Both the position numbers and the translations under genes were made by a program. The notes under the pieces were generated by a model. The model had not been told where the DNA came from and ran no database searches. It worked only from the letters and a program-made list of their open reading frames with translations. A DNA stretch of 64,000 nt from Alphaproteobacteria bacterium (GTDB lineage: Bacteria; Pseudomonadota; Alphaproteobacteria; UBA2966; CAIVPW01). The DNA is taken from contig CANKGV010000003.1 in assembly GCA_947481575.1 (NCBI GenBank), positions 51,934 to 115,933 on the forward strand. The letters run 5' to 3'. Below, in pieces: positions 47,307-57,748 of the stretch. Position 1 is the first letter of the stretch. Every line of letters starts with the position of its first letter.

Positions 47307-48146
47307 ATGGCTTTCCCCTTCTTTGGCGGCGGCGCCCCGCGCGTGGCGGTGCTCCGGCTCTTTGGTACGATCGGCACCTCCACCACCGGCCGCGGGCTCT
47401 CGCTCGCGACGCTGGCGCGGGACTTGGAAACCGCATTCCGGATGCGCGGCGCCAAGGCGGTGGCCTTGTGCATCAACTCGCCCGGCGGATCGCCGGTGCA
47501 GTCGAACCTGATCTATGCCCGCATCCGCGCGCTGGCCACGGAAACCAAGATGCCGGTGTACGCGTTTGTTGAGGACGCGGCGGCGTCCGGCGGGTACTGG
47601 CTGGCGTGCGCGGCGGACGAAATCTTCGCTGACGCAAACTCCGTGGTCGGATCGATCGGCGTGATCTCGGCGGGGTTCGGCTTCCCCGGTCTGCTCGCCA
47701 AGCTTGGTGTCGAGCGCCGCCTGTACGCGGCCGGCGAGCACAAGGGCATGCTGGACGCGTTCAGCCCCGAGCGGCAGGACGACATCGCCCGGTTGCTGGA
47801 ACTGCAAAAGACGGTGCACCAAAGCTTCATCGACCTCGTGCGCGGCCGCCGCGGTGCCAAGCTGAAGGCGGACGACGCGAAGCTGTTCAGCGGCGAGTTC
47901 TGGAGCGGCAGCCAGGGCCTTGGCCTGGGCCTGGTCGACGGTCTTGGCGATCTGCGCACGATCCTGCGTCAGCGCTTCGGCGACAAAGTGCGGTTGAAGG
48001 TGGTGGGCAAGCGCGCCGGTGGTTTGCGCATGCTGCTGGGGCGCACGGCGATCGAAGCGCCGGACCTTTCTGCTTTGTCCGAGTGGCCCGACCGTTTGTT
48101 GGGTGCCCTGGAAGCGCGTGCCCTGTGGGCGCGGTTCGGGCTCTAG
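47307..48146 (+). CDS. sppA: signal peptide peptidase SppA, 36K type (S49 family)
   Basis: ALCINSPGGSPVQS and AASGGYWLACAADEIFA S49 motifs. Confidence 0.8.
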   Translation: MAFPFFGGGAPRVAVLRLFGTIGTSTTGRGLSLATLARDLETAFRMRGAKAVALCINSPGGSPVQSNLIYARIRALATETKMPVYAFVEDAAASGGYWLACAADEIFADANSVVGSIGVISAGFGFPGLLAKLGVERRLYAAGEHKGMLDAFSPERQDDIARLLELQKTVHQSFIDLVRGRRGAKLKADDAKLFSGEFWSGSQGLGLGLVDGLGDLRTILRQRFGDKVRLKVVGKRAGGLRMLLGRTAIEAPDLSALSEWPDRLLGALEARALWARFGL

Positions 48147-48149
48147 CCG

Positions 48150-48401
48150 ATGCTGAGCATCACCAAACTCATCGTCCTGTTCCTCGCCATCGTCGGCGTC
48201 TGGTACTTGTTCCGTATCGGTACGCGGGTGAACCAGGCGCGCGCCGACCGCTTCGGTGCGGACGGGGCCAAGGCTGAGAAGGCCACCGCGAAGTCGAATA
48301 AGCGCGAGATCGAAGACTTGGTGAAGTGCCGCCAGTGCGGCTCGTACGTTTCCCCCAGCGCGCGCGCATGCAGCCGCGAGGATTGTCCCTACCCCCGATG
48401 A
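48150..48401 (+). CDS. small membrane protein with C-terminal CxxC...C zinc-ribbon-like motif
   Basis: One TM helix [15 protein letters not shown]; [21 protein letters not shown]; stop overlaps glyQ ATG (ATGA). Confidence 0.4.
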   Translation: MLSITKLIVLFLAIVGVWYLFRIGTRVNQARADRFGADGAKAEKATAKSNKREIEDLVKCRQCGSYVSPSARACSREDCPYPR

Positions 48402-49285
48402 ATGCGCCTGCGCGGTCCAGCCGCACGCCGCCGTCCAGCTTTCAGGACCTGATCCTCACCCTGCAGCAATACTGGGCTGCCCAGGGGTGCGTGATCGTGC
48501 AGCCGTACGACACGGAAGTGGGGGCGGCCACCTTCCATCCCGCCACGCTGCTCCGCGCACTCGGGCCGAAGCCGTGGAAGGCCGCGTTCCTACAGCCGTG
48601 CCGGCGCCCGAAGGACGGGCGCTACGGCGAGAACCCGAACCGGTTCCAGCACTACTACCAGTTCCAGGTGATCCTGAAGCCATCGCCGGAGAACATTCAG
48701 GAACTGTATCTCGGTAGCCTTGCCAAGCTTGGCATCGACCACCGCGTCCACGACATCCGCTTTGTCGAAGACGATTGGGAGAGCCCGACCCTCGGCGCGT
48801 GGGGCCTGGGCTGGGAAGTGTGGTGCGACGGCATGGAGGTGACGCAGTTCACCTACTTCCAACAGGTCGGCGGCTTCGACTGCAACCCGGTCGCGGGCGA
48901 GATCACCTACGGCATGGAACGTTTGGCGATGTTCATTCAGCAGAAGGAAAACGGCTTCGACCTGGATTGGAATGGCGCGGGGGTCTCCTACGGCGACGTG
49001 TTTCTGGAGGCCGAACGCGAGTTCTCCGCCTACAACTTCGAATTCGCCGACACCGACGTGCTGCGCCGCCATTTCGTGGACGCGGAAGGCGAGTGCGCGC
49101 GCCTGCTCGAGCGCAAGCTGCCGCTGCCGGCCTACGACCAGTGCATGAAGGCGAGCCACGCGTTCAACTTGCTTGACGCGCGCGGGGTGATTTCGGTCAC
49201 CGAGCGCGCCGCGTATATCGGCCGCGTGCGTGCCCTGGCGAAGGCGTGCTGCGAGGCTTGGCTCGCACACACGACGGGCGCGTAA
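48398..49285 (+). CDS. glyQ: glycine--tRNA ligase alpha subunit
   Basis: [19 protein letters not shown]-terminus and [22 protein letters not shown]. Confidence 0.9.
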   Translation: MNAPARSSRTPPSSFQDLILTLQQYWAAQGCVIVQPYDTEVGAATFHPATLLRALGPKPWKAAFLQPCRRPKDGRYGENPNRFQHYYQFQVILKPSPENIQELYLGSLAKLGIDHRVHDIRFVEDDWESPTLGAWGLGWEVWCDGMEVTQFTYFQQVGGFDCNPVAGEITYGMERLAMFIQQKENGFDLDWNGAGVSYGDVFLEAEREFSAYNFEFADTDVLRRHFVDAEGECARLLERKLPLPAYDQCMKASHAFNLLDARGVISVTERAAYIGRVRALAKACCEAWLAHTTGA

Positions 49286-49288
49286 GCC

Positions 49289-51367
49289 ATGCCCGAACTC
49301 CTGCTCGAACTCCTGTCCGAGGAGATTCCGGCGCGCATGCAGCAGCGCGCGGCAGCCGATTTACGCGAACTGGTCACCAAAGGCCTGACCGACGCCGGAT
49401 TGAAGTTCGACAGCGCCGAATCGTTCGCCACCCCGCGCCGCCTCGCGCTCGTGGTGCGCGGGCTGCCGGACCGGCAACCCGACCAGAAGACCGAGCGCAA
49501 AGGTCCGCGCGCCGATGCGCCCGCCGGAGCCGTCGATGGCTTCCTGCGTTCGACCGGCCTGCGCCGCGCCCAGCTTGAGGAACGTGACACCGACAAGGGC
49601 AAGGTGCTGTTCGCCGTGCAGGATGTGCCGGGCAAGGCGAGTGCCGAGGTGGTGCCGGCGCTGCTGAACGCGGCGATCACTGCGTTGCCTTGGCCCAAGA
49701 GCATGCGGTGGAAGGACCACGCAGCGCGGTGGGTGCGTCCGCTGCGTTCGGTCGTGGCCTTGCTGGGTGGTGCCGTGCTGCCGTTGGAACTGGTGCTGGG
49801 CCCCGACGCCAAGATGCTGGCGGGCAACACCACAGTCGGCCACCGCTTCATGGCGCCGAAGCTGTTCCCGGTCACCGGGTTCGACGACTACAGCGCCAAG
49901 CTGATGAAGGCATACGTGGTCCTCGACACGGCCGAGCGGAAGAAGATCATCCAGCGCAAGGGCAAGGCCCTCGCTGCCAAGGAAGGCCTGCGCATCCGCC
50001 GCGACGATGGGCTGCTCGACGAAGTGGCCGGCCTGATGGAATGGCCGGTGCCGTTGATCGGCACCATTGAGTCCCGGTTTATGGGCTTGCCGCCGGAAGT
50101 GCTCACCACGTCGATGCGCACGCACCAGCGCTACTTCGCGCTGGAGACAAAGGACGGTGTGTTTGCGCCGCGCTTCCTGGTGGTTGCGGGCACCCGGACG
50201 AAGGACGGCGGCGCGGCGGTGATCCGCGGCAACGAGCGGGTCCTACGCTCACGCCTGTCGGACGCGCAGTTCTTCTGGGACCAAGACCGCAAGGTCAAAC
50301 TTGAATCGCGGGTCGCGGCGCTGAAGGACATCACGTTCCACGCGAAGCTCGGCACGGTGTGGGACAAGGTTCACCGGGTGCAGAACTTGGCGGTGGCACT
50401 GAGCGAATTCATCGGCGATGCCGATACCGGCCGCGTCGGCCGGGCCGCGGAGCTCGCGCGCGCGGACCTGACCACAGGCATGGTGGGCGAGTTCCCCGAG
50501 CTGCAGGGTCTGATGGGCTCGTACTACGCAACGCTCGACGGCGAGGATGGCCAGGTGGCCAACGCCATCGCCGACATCTATTCGCCGAAGGGACCGGACG
50601 ATCGTTGTCCTACGGCCCCCGTGTCGGTCGCCGTCGCGCTTGCCGACCGGCTCGATACGCTGGTGGGCTTTTGGACCATCGACGAAAAGCCCACGGGGTC
50701 GAAGGACCCCTTTGCGCTGCGCCGGGCCGCCCTGGGTACTATCCGCTTGATCGTCGAGAACAAACTGCGGCTGAGCCTGGGTGAGGCGCTGAACGTTGCC
50801 GCGAGCGTCGGCTTTAACGCACCGCTCACGCCGGAAAAGCGCACGGACCTGCTCGCCTTCTTTGCCGACCGGCTGAAGGTCCAGCAGCGCGAACTGGGCG
50901 TGCGCCACGATCTCATCAGCGCGGTATTCACCCTTTCCGGTGAGGACGATCTCGTCCGGTTGCTGGCCCGTGTCGAGGCGCTGGCCAAGTTCGTTGCGTC
51001 CGCCGATGGCGCCGACTTGCTGGTGGCCTACCGGCGCGCCGCCAACATTGCGCGCATCGAAGAGAAGAAGGACGGCAAGGCGTACTCGGGCACCGCCGAC
51101 GCGACCTTGTTCCGACTGGAGGAAGAGCGGACGCTGTCGGCGGCGCTGGCAACGGCGCGTTCGGCGGTAGCGTCCGCGCTTGGCGCGGAGAAGTTCGGTG
51201 CCGCCATGGGTGCGCTGGCCAAGCTGCGCGGTCCGGTGGACGCGTTCTTCGACAAGGTGACGGTGAACGCCGAGGAACCGGCGTTGCGGGCCAATCGGCT
51301 CACGCTACTGACCGAGATCACGGCCACGCTCGAACAGGTCGCCGACTTCTCGCGCATCGAAGGGTAA
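49289..51367 (+). CDS. glyS: glycine--tRNA ligase beta subunit
   Basis: [19 protein letters not shown]-terminus, 692 aa, directly follows glyQ. Confidence 0.9.
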   Translation: MPELLLELLSEEIPARMQQRAAADLRELVTKGLTDAGLKFDSAESFATPRRLALVVRGLPDRQPDQKTERKGPRADAPAGAVDGFLRSTGLRRAQLEERDTDKGKVLFAVQDVPGKASAEVVPALLNAAITALPWPKSMRWKDHAARWVRPLRSVVALLGGAVLPLELVLGPDAKMLAGNTTVGHRFMAPKLFPVTGFDDYSAKLMKAYVVLDTAERKKIIQRKGKALAAKEGLRIRRDDGLLDEVAGLMEWPVPLIGTIESRFMGLPPEVLTTSMRTHQRYFALETKDGVFAPRFLVVAGTRTKDGGAAVIRGNERVLRSRLSDAQFFWDQDRKVKLESRVAALKDITFHAKLGTVWDKVHRVQNLAVALSEFIGDADTGRVGRAAELARADLTTGMVGEFPELQGLMGSYYATLDGEDGQVANAIADIYSPKGPDDRCPTAPVSVAVALADRLDTLVGFWTIDEKPTGSKDPFALRRAALGTIRLIVENKLRLSLGEALNVAASVGFNAPLTPEKRTDLLAFFADRLKVQQRELGVRHDLISAVFTLSGEDDLVRLLARVEALAKFVASADGADLLVAYRRAANIARIEEKKDGKAYSGTADATLFRLEEERTLSAALATARSAVASALGAEKFGAAMGALAKLRGPVDAFFDKVTVNAEEPALRANRLTLLTEITATLEQVADFSRIEG

Positions 51368-51371
51368 GGCA

Positions 51372-54023
51372 GTGGTGCGACGCGCACGCTGGGTGCGGCC
51401 CTTTGGGGCGGAGCCCGGTGGTGCGGCCCGGGCCGACGTTCCCTCGGTGGCGGACCTTGGCGGCAAGGGCGCGTCGCTGGCCGAGATGGCGGCGCTGGGA
51501 CTGCCGGTGCCGCCGGGGTTCACCCTGCCGACCGCGCTGTGCTCCGCGTATCTCGGCGCCGGCCGTAAACTTCCCCCGGATCTGGACGCCGAGTTCGACG
51601 GCGCGCTGGCGGAACTGGAACGCACCGCCGGGCTGCGCTTTGGCGACGCCGCCGATCCGTTGCTCGTGGCGGTGCGCTCCGGTGCGCCGGCTTCGATGCC
51701 GGGGATGATGGATACGGTCCTCAATGTCGGGCTCAACGACCGCACGGTGGAAGGCCTGGCCCAGCGCTCCGGCGATTCCCGGTTCGCGTGGGATACCTAC
51801 CGGCGCTTTATCCAGATGTATGCCGATGTCGTGCTCGGCCTCGACGTGGACCGGTTCGAGCGCCTGTATGAAGCCAGGCGCCGCGACCACGGCGAGCGGC
51901 CATGGTCCGACGCGGAACTGCGTGGCGTTACGACGGCGTTCCTTGATCTTGCCGCCACCGAGTCCGGCGCGCCGTTTCCGCAAGACCCGCGCGCCCAACT
52001 GTGGGGCGCGATCCGGGCGGTGTTGGAATCGTGGAACAGCCGCCGCGCCGTCACCTACCGGCGCTTGCGCGATATTCCCGACACGCCGGGAACGGCGGTC
52101 ACCATCCAGGCGATGGTGTTCGGCAATGCCGGCGATGGTTCGGCCACGGGCGTCGGCTTCACGCGCGATCCGGCAACCGGGGCACCGGCACCGTTCGGCG
52201 AGTATTTGCCCAACGCCCAAGGCGACGATGTCGTGTCGGGTACGCGCACGCCCCGGCCGTTGACGCAGCTGGGACGGATCGCCATCGGCGGCGCCGAGCC
52301 CTCGCTGGAGGAGGCGATGCCTGCGGTGTACGGGCGCCTCGTGGCGGCCTTCCGCGTGCTGGAGCAACGCTTCGGCACCATGCAGGACGTGGAGTTCACC
52401 GTCGAGCGCGGGAGGCTCTGGCTGCTGCAGACGCGCAGCGGCATGACCAGCACCACCGCGGCACTGCGCATTGCGGCCGACATGGCGGCCGAAGGCCTCA
52501 CGACACCGGAGGCGGCGCTGCGCCGCCTCGATCCGGCGTCTCTCGGGCGCCTGTTGCATCCTTCGGTGCCCGTGGACGTGAAGCGCGAAGTGCTGGCGCG
52601 CGGGCTGCCCGCATCGCCGGGCGCTGCGACCGGCGCCGTGGTGTTCACGGTCGAGGACGCCCAAGCCTATGCGGCGCGGCGCGAGCCGGCGGTGCTTGTG
52701 CTCACTGACACCAGCCCGCGCGACATTCACGGCATCCATGCGGCAGCGGCGGTGCTTACCAGCCGCGGCGGCGCCACCAGCCACGCGGCGATTGTCGCGC
52801 GCAGCATGGGCCGCCCGTGCGTCGTGGGCGCCGGCGACGTGCGCGTCGATGCGGGCGAGGGGCGGTTCACCGCCGCAGGCCGCAGCGTGAAGCGCGGCGA
52901 TATTGTTACGGTCGACGGCACGAGCGGCGAAGTCTCGCTTGGCGCGCTGCCGCTGGAGCGCGCGGCCCTCGGCGGTGCGTTCGACACAGTGCTGGGCTGG
53001 GCCGACCGCGCGCGCCGCCTGCGCGTGCGCGCCAATACCGAAACGCCGGAAGACGTGCGCCTGGCCCGCGAATTCGGCGCCGAGGGCATCGGCCTGTTCC
53101 GTACCGAGTACAGCTTTCTGGCGGCCGAGCCGCTTGCGCTCATGCGCCGCCTGATTCTCGCCGATGGCGCCGCCGCGCGCGCCGATACACTGGCGGCGCT
53201 GCGCCCGCTGCTGCAGGCGTCCTACACGCGCGTGTTCGCGCGCGGTGGGGGATTGCCGATCACGGTGCGCCTGCTCGACCTGCCGCTGGCGGCGTTCATG
53301 CCGCACACGCCCGAGGAAATCACCGAAGCCGCTCGCGCCGCCCGCACCACCGAGGCGGAGGTGGCAGCGCGGGCTCGTGCGCTGGCGGAGGTAAACCCGG
53401 TACTGGGCCATCGCGGCTGCCGCCTTGCCATCAGTTGGCCCGACCTGTACGCCGCCCAGGTGCGCGCAATTCTGCAGGCGGCGCTGGAAGCGGAAGCCGC
53501 GCCGCAAATTCTGGTGCCGGTGATTTCGTCCGCCGCCGAGTTCGAGGTGGTACACCGCAACGTTGCCGCGGTTGCCGCCGAAGTGGCGAAGTCGAGCGGC
53601 GCCCCGCCGCCCTACAGCATTGGCGCGATGATCGAGTTGCCGCGCGCGGCGCTGGAGGCGGGACGCCTCGCCCGCACGGCCGAGTTCTTGAGCTTCGGCA
53701 CCAACAACTTGACGCAGGCGACCCTGGGCGTGAGCCGCGACGATGCCGCGGCGTTCCTGGAACGCTACCGCCGCGAGCGCATCCTGAGCGGCGATCCCTT
53801 TGTTACGCTGGACACCGAAGGCGTCGGCGAACTCGTGGCGGGCGCGGTGCGCCGCAGCCGCGAAGTGCGCCCCGCGATCGAGATCGGCGTGTGCGGCGAA
53901 CACGGCGGCGATCCGGATTCGATTGCGTTCTTTCACCGCGCCGGGTTGGACTACGTGTCGTGCTCGCCGTACCGGGTGCCCGGCGCGCGCTTGGCGGCCG
54001 CACAGGCGGCGCTGGCGGACTGA
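51372..54023 (+). CDS. ppdK: pyruvate, phosphate dikinase
   Basis: GGKGASLAEMAALGLPVPPGF ATP-grasp start, phospho-His region GGATSHAAIVARSMGRPCVVG, C-terminal PEP-utilising TIM barrel. Confidence 0.9.
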   Translation: MVRRARWVRPFGAEPGGAARADVPSVADLGGKGASLAEMAALGLPVPPGFTLPTALCSAYLGAGRKLPPDLDAEFDGALAELERTAGLRFGDAADPLLVAVRSGAPASMPGMMDTVLNVGLNDRTVEGLAQRSGDSRFAWDTYRRFIQMYADVVLGLDVDRFERLYEARRRDHGERPWSDAELRGVTTAFLDLAATESGAPFPQDPRAQLWGAIRAVLESWNSRRAVTYRRLRDIPDTPGTAVTIQAMVFGNAGDGSATGVGFTRDPATGAPAPFGEYLPNAQGDDVVSGTRTPRPLTQLGRIAIGGAEPSLEEAMPAVYGRLVAAFRVLEQRFGTMQDVEFTVERGRLWLLQTRSGMTSTTAALRIAADMAAEGLTTPEAALRRLDPASLGRLLHPSVPVDVKREVLARGLPASPGAATGAVVFTVEDAQAYAARREPAVLVLTDTSPRDIHGIHAAAAVLTSRGGATSHAAIVARSMGRPCVVGAGDVRVDAGEGRFTAAGRSVKRGDIVTVDGTSGEVSLGALPLERAALGGAFDTVLGWADRARRLRVRANTETPEDVRLAREFGAEGIGLFRTEYSFLAAEPLALMRRLILADGAAARADTLAALRPLLQASYTRVFARGGGLPITVRLLDLPLAAFMPHTPEEITEAARAARTTEAEVAARARALAEVNPVLGHRGCRLAISWPDLYAAQVRAILQAALEAEAAPQILVPVISSAAEFEVVHRNVAAVAAEVAKSSGAPPPYSIGAMIELPRAALEAGRLARTAEFLSFGTNNLTQATLGVSRDDAAAFLERYRRERILSGDPFVTLDTEGVGELVAGAVRRSREVRPAIEIGVCGEHGGDPDSIAFFHRAGLDYVSCSPYRVPGARLAAAQAALAD

Positions 54024-54757
54024 TGCCGACGCTGCCGCCTCCCGACCGTACACTGCGCCTGGGCGCCACCGAGATTCCGTTTCGCCTAGTGCGCAGCCCC
54101 AACCGCCGCCGCACCATCGGCTTCGCCATTGACGACGCCGTGCTCACGGTGCGGGCTCCCACGCGGGCCAGCTTCAAGTCGATCGAGGAACTGGCCCAGC
54201 GCCACGCCGAGTGGATCCTGACGCGCCTCGCCGCGGCGCGGACCGTCCGTACCCGCACCTACGAGTCCGGCGAAAGCCTTCAGGTTTTGGGCACCGAGGT
54301 ACGCATCCTGGTGTTCGCGGCGGGTGGCCGCCGCAGCACGTGCACGTACCACGGTACCTGGATCGAAGTGCGGGTGCCGACCCTCGCGGAACCGGTGGCG
54401 CGCCGGGGCGCGGTCGCGGTGGCCCTGGAACGCTGGTACCGCGGGTTCGCCGCCGCGAAGTTCGCCGAGCGCAGCGAGCACTACGCCCACCGTCTCGGGG
54501 TCACGCCCGGCAAGATCCTGGTCAGCAATCCCCGCGCCCGCTGGGGCAGTTGCGATGCCGCCAACAACATCCGCCTCAACTGGCGTCTGGCCATGGCCCC
54601 CCAACACTTGTTGGATTACGTGGTCGCCCACGAGTTGTGCCACGTCGTGCACAAGAACCACGGCCCAAGGTTTTGGCGGCTCTTGGAGACCATCATGCCC
54701 GATTGCCGCGAGCGCCAGCGCGCATTGCAGGAGCTCGGACCCACCCTGGCGCTGTAA
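54023..54757 (+). CDS. YgjP-like M48/DUF45 zinc metallopeptidase-fold protein
   Basis: TGATG overlap with ppdK; HELCHVVHKNH HExxH motif. Confidence 0.7.
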   Translation: MPTLPPPDRTLRLGATEIPFRLVRSPNRRRTIGFAIDDAVLTVRAPTRASFKSIEELAQRHAEWILTRLAAARTVRTRTYESGESLQVLGTEVRILVFAAGGRRSTCTYHGTWIEVRVPTLAEPVARRGAVAVALERWYRGFAAAKFAERSEHYAHRLGVTPGKILVSNPRARWGSCDAANNIRLNWRLAMAPQHLLDYVVAHELCHVVHKNHGPRFWRLLETIMPDCRERQRALQELGPTLAL

Positions 54758-54877
54758 GGCTTGCGCCAGGAGGCTGTGATAAAGGTCACAGACTCAAGAT
54801 CCTAGGCGGCTCACTGGTACCCCTAGGATCGGAGCGGCCGGATCGGGACCCGGCCGCTGGGCACTCGGGGAGAACGC

Positions 54878-56035
54878 ATGACCCCACGCGAACTGGTTGA
54901 CGTTCTGCGCAAGCACGAACGATTCGTACGCGGCCAATTGGGCGGCCAGCGCGCCGATTTGCGCGGCGCCGACCTGTCGGGCCTGCGGCTGCGCGGCATC
55001 ACCTTGCGGGATGGCAGCTTGGCCGGCACCGACTTCCGCAAGGCGGACGTGTCGGAGTCGGATTTGAGCTCCGCCGACTTGTACGGGGCCAACTTTGAGC
55101 GCGCCACGGCGACGCAGACCAATTTCGAGCGGGCGGACCTGCGCGCCGCCAGCTTCCGCGGCACCGTGCTCACCAACGCGCGGTTGGCCGGGGCCGACCT
55201 GCGGGCGGGCGCCTTGATCGGTTCGATCGGTAAGCCCAAGGCGGCGGACCTTTCGGAAACGAACCTCGATGGCTCGGACCTTTCGGAGGCCAAGGCCACC
55301 GGCGGCAACCTGCGCAATGCGTCGCTGAAGGAAGCGAATTTGCAGCGCGCGACCATGGTGAAGGTCGACCTGCGCGGCGCCAACTTGTGTGGCGCGGATC
55401 TCACCGGCGCCACGCTTACCGGCGCCGATCTGGCCGGGGCCAACATGACCGGGGCGAATGTCATGCGCGCCAAGCTCAACGGCGCGCGCCTCACCGGCAC
55501 GATCATGACCGGCGTGGACCTCTCCTCGGCCGATCTGCGCGACGCCACGATCTCGCGCGGGGTGTTGAAGCTATCTGAAGAGCTGCAGTTGATGCTGAGC
55601 GCCCATGTGCTTTGGTCCGAGACGGGCGGGTCCGAAGGGGCCCGCGCCGTGTTGGATGGGCGCGACCTGTCCGGCCTCGACCTGTCGCACGTGTTCCTCA
55701 GCGGGGCCAGCCTGCGGGGCTGCAACTTTGCCAGCTCGACGCTGGTAGAGGCAGAGTTAGTGCTGGCAGACCTGCAGGAAGCTAACCTGTCGGGTGCCGA
55801 TCTGCGCCGCGCCGATCTATCGGGCGCCAGCTTCCTCAAGGCTGATCTACGCCACGCCAAATTGGCGAACGCGCTACTGAAGCCGGTGGAATTGCGCGGG
55901 TCGCACGGCGAGGTTAAGGGCCGCGCGATTCGTACCAGCCTGCGCGGGGCACTGACCGACGACATCGACATGACCCACGTCGATCTCACCGATGCCCAGG
56001 TCGATGAGGCCGCGCCGGGCACCGGCGACGCCTGA
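54878..56035 (+). CDS. pentapeptide-repeat protein
   Basis: Dozens of A(D/N)LxG-type pentapeptide repeats (ADLRGADLSGLRLRG...). Confidence 0.75.
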   Translation: MTPRELVDVLRKHERFVRGQLGGQRADLRGADLSGLRLRGITLRDGSLAGTDFRKADVSESDLSSADLYGANFERATATQTNFERADLRAASFRGTVLTNARLAGADLRAGALIGSIGKPKAADLSETNLDGSDLSEAKATGGNLRNASLKEANLQRATMVKVDLRGANLCGADLTGATLTGADLAGANMTGANVMRAKLNGARLTGTIMTGVDLSSADLRDATISRGVLKLSEELQLMLSAHVLWSETGGSEGARAVLDGRDLSGLDLSHVFLSGASLRGCNFASSTLVEAELVLADLQEANLSGADLRRADLSGASFLKADLRHAKLANALLKPVELRGSHGEVKGRAIRTSLRGALTDDIDMTHVDLTDAQVDEAAPGTGDA

Positions 56036-56041
56036 CCGGCG

Positions 56042-56605
56042 CTATACCTTTTTGTACCGGGCGCAGGTAACGACGTGGTCGTTGACCATGCCGACCGCCT
56101 GCATGAACGCGTAGCAGATCGTCGGGCCGCAAAACTTGAACCCGCGCGCCTTGAGCGCCTTGCTCATGGCCTTGCTCTCCGGCGTTTCGGCAGGAATGCC
56201 GGACCAAGTTTGCCAGCGGTTGCGGATGGTCTTGCCGTCGGTGAACTGCCACAGGAAACCATCCAGGGTCAGGCCCGCGTCGCGCATCGCCAAATAGGCC
56301 TTGGCGCTCTCGATCGCTCCGGTGATCTTGGCGCGATTGCGCACGATGCCGGCGTCGTTCATCAACGCCGCCACCTTGGGCGCCGTGAAGCGTGCCACGG
56401 TGCCGGGATCGAAGCCCTGGAACGCGCGGCGGAAATTCTCGCGCTTGCGCAGGATGGTCGCCCACGACAAGCCGGCCTGGAATCCGTCTAGGATCAGCTT
56501 TTCGTACAACGCGCGGTCGTCGTGTTCCGGCACGCCCCACTCGTCGTCGTGGTACGCCACCATCAAGGGGTCTTCCCCCGCCCACGTGCACCGGCCGGCG
56601 GGCAT
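56042..56605 (-). CDS. tag: DNA-3-methyladenine glycosylase I
   Basis: Start reassigned to ATG 56605; CTWAGEDPLMVAYHDDEWGVP and Zn-site C...H...C pattern. Confidence 0.8.
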   Translation of the reverse strand: MPAGRCTWAGEDPLMVAYHDDEWGVPEHDDRALYEKLILDGFQAGLSWATILRKRENFRRAFQGFDPGTVARFTAPKVAALMNDAGIVRNRAKITGAIESAKAYLAMRDAGLTLDGFLWQFTDGKTIRNRWQTWSGIPAETPESKAMSKALKARGFKFCGPTICYAFMQAVGMVNDHVVTCARYKKV

Positions 56606-56607
56606 CG

Positions 56608-57600
56608 TCAAGCAGTAGGGGGCGCCGCTACCGCCGAATGCGCAAACCAGGCCGGCCGCACCGCCCGCAAGGTGCTGGCGCCGGCGTGGAACGGTGTGCC
56701 GGAGCGTGCCGCTTCGTCCACGTGTTCGAGGCGCAGCATGGCGAGCCCGCTGGTGCCGGCGCCCGAGCGCATCTCGCCGCTCGCGATCCCGGCGAACGTC
56801 ACCTCCGTGCCCGGGGCGGGCAGAGGGCCATCCACGTCGACGCGGAACAGGCGCTTCCGAATCGTGCCGCGGTAGTGCGTGCGCGCGGTCAACTCCTGAC
56901 CGACATAGCACCCCTTGCCGTAGTCGATGGCGTGCAACTCATCGAGCCCCGCTTCCAGCGGCAGGGTCTTGTCGACCAGCAAATCGTGGCTGCCGTCCGG
57001 CACGCCCAATGCGATGCGCGCGGCGGTATACGTCTCGCCGCTCTTCGCCGTCAGTCCGGCATCCAGCAGCGCCGCGTCGATCGCCGCCGCCGGCGCAATC
57101 ACGCGCGCACCGAGTTCGGCCAAACGCGGGTCGATGAATGCGATTCCGTCACCGAACGCGGCGGCTGCGCCATCACCACCGTGCAGCCCGAGGCGCTGTG
57201 TGGCATCGCCGCCAAACACCGCTGCCACGGCGAACCGGGCACTGAGGTCGGTGAGCGTCACCGCTGCGTGCAGGCGGTAGAGGGTTAGGCGCCGCAGGAG
57301 GTCGGGCAGGCGGGCGGCTTCGACGTCGATCAGGATCGGCGTAGCGGCGTCGGCCCCCGGCGCGTCCGCCAAGAAGAAGTCGAACAGGCACTTACCCTGC
57401 GCCGTGAGCAGGAGGGCGTAGAGCGCGTGGGCCGGATCGAGCCGCCGCACGTCGTTGGACACGAGGTTCTGGAGGAATTCGCGCGCATCGCTGCCGCCCA
57501 CCCCGAGCACGCCGCGCTCGAACAAGCGCACGTACCCGGGCAAAGAATCGCCGGGGCCCACGCCCGCTGCCGTGACCACCGAGTTGTGAATCATGGTCAT
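56608..57600 (-). CDS. ygfZ: YgfZ/CAF17-family folate-binding Fe-S cluster repair protein (GcvT-like)
   Basis: Start reassigned to ATG 57600; LTLYRLHAAV and KGCYVGQELTARTHYRGTIRKRL signature. Confidence 0.7.
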   Translation of the reverse strand: MTMIHNSVVTAAGVGPGDSLPGYVRLFERGVLGVGGSDAREFLQNLVSNDVRRLDPAHALYALLLTAQGKCLFDFFLADAPGADAATPILIDVEAARLPDLLRRLTLYRLHAAVTLTDLSARFAVAAVFGGDATQRLGLHGGDGAAAAFGDGIAFIDPRLAELGARVIAPAAAIDAALLDAGLTAKSGETYTAARIALGVPDGSHDLLVDKTLPLEAGLDELHAIDYGKGCYVGQELTARTHYRGTIRKRLFRVDVDGPLPAPGTEVTFAGIASGEMRSGAGTSGLAMLRLEHVDEAARSGTPFHAGASTLRAVRPAWFAHSAVAAPPTA

Positions 57601-57748
57601 TGAAGTAAAGCGCAGGGGATAGCTTGGCAAGGCGGCGGATTTGCACCGATGGACTCTTGGAGCGCCGCGCAAAAGCCCGTATAACGGCTGGGGCAATGTT
57701 TGACGCGGCAATCCTCGGGAGGGAGAGCGTGCGGGTACCGGCCCGGTT

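Noticed and set aside
51318-54053. 911-aa minus-strand ORF spanning ppdK
   Set aside because: Antisense shadow ORF of ppdK; no recognisable motifs, extreme Arg/Ala/Gly bias
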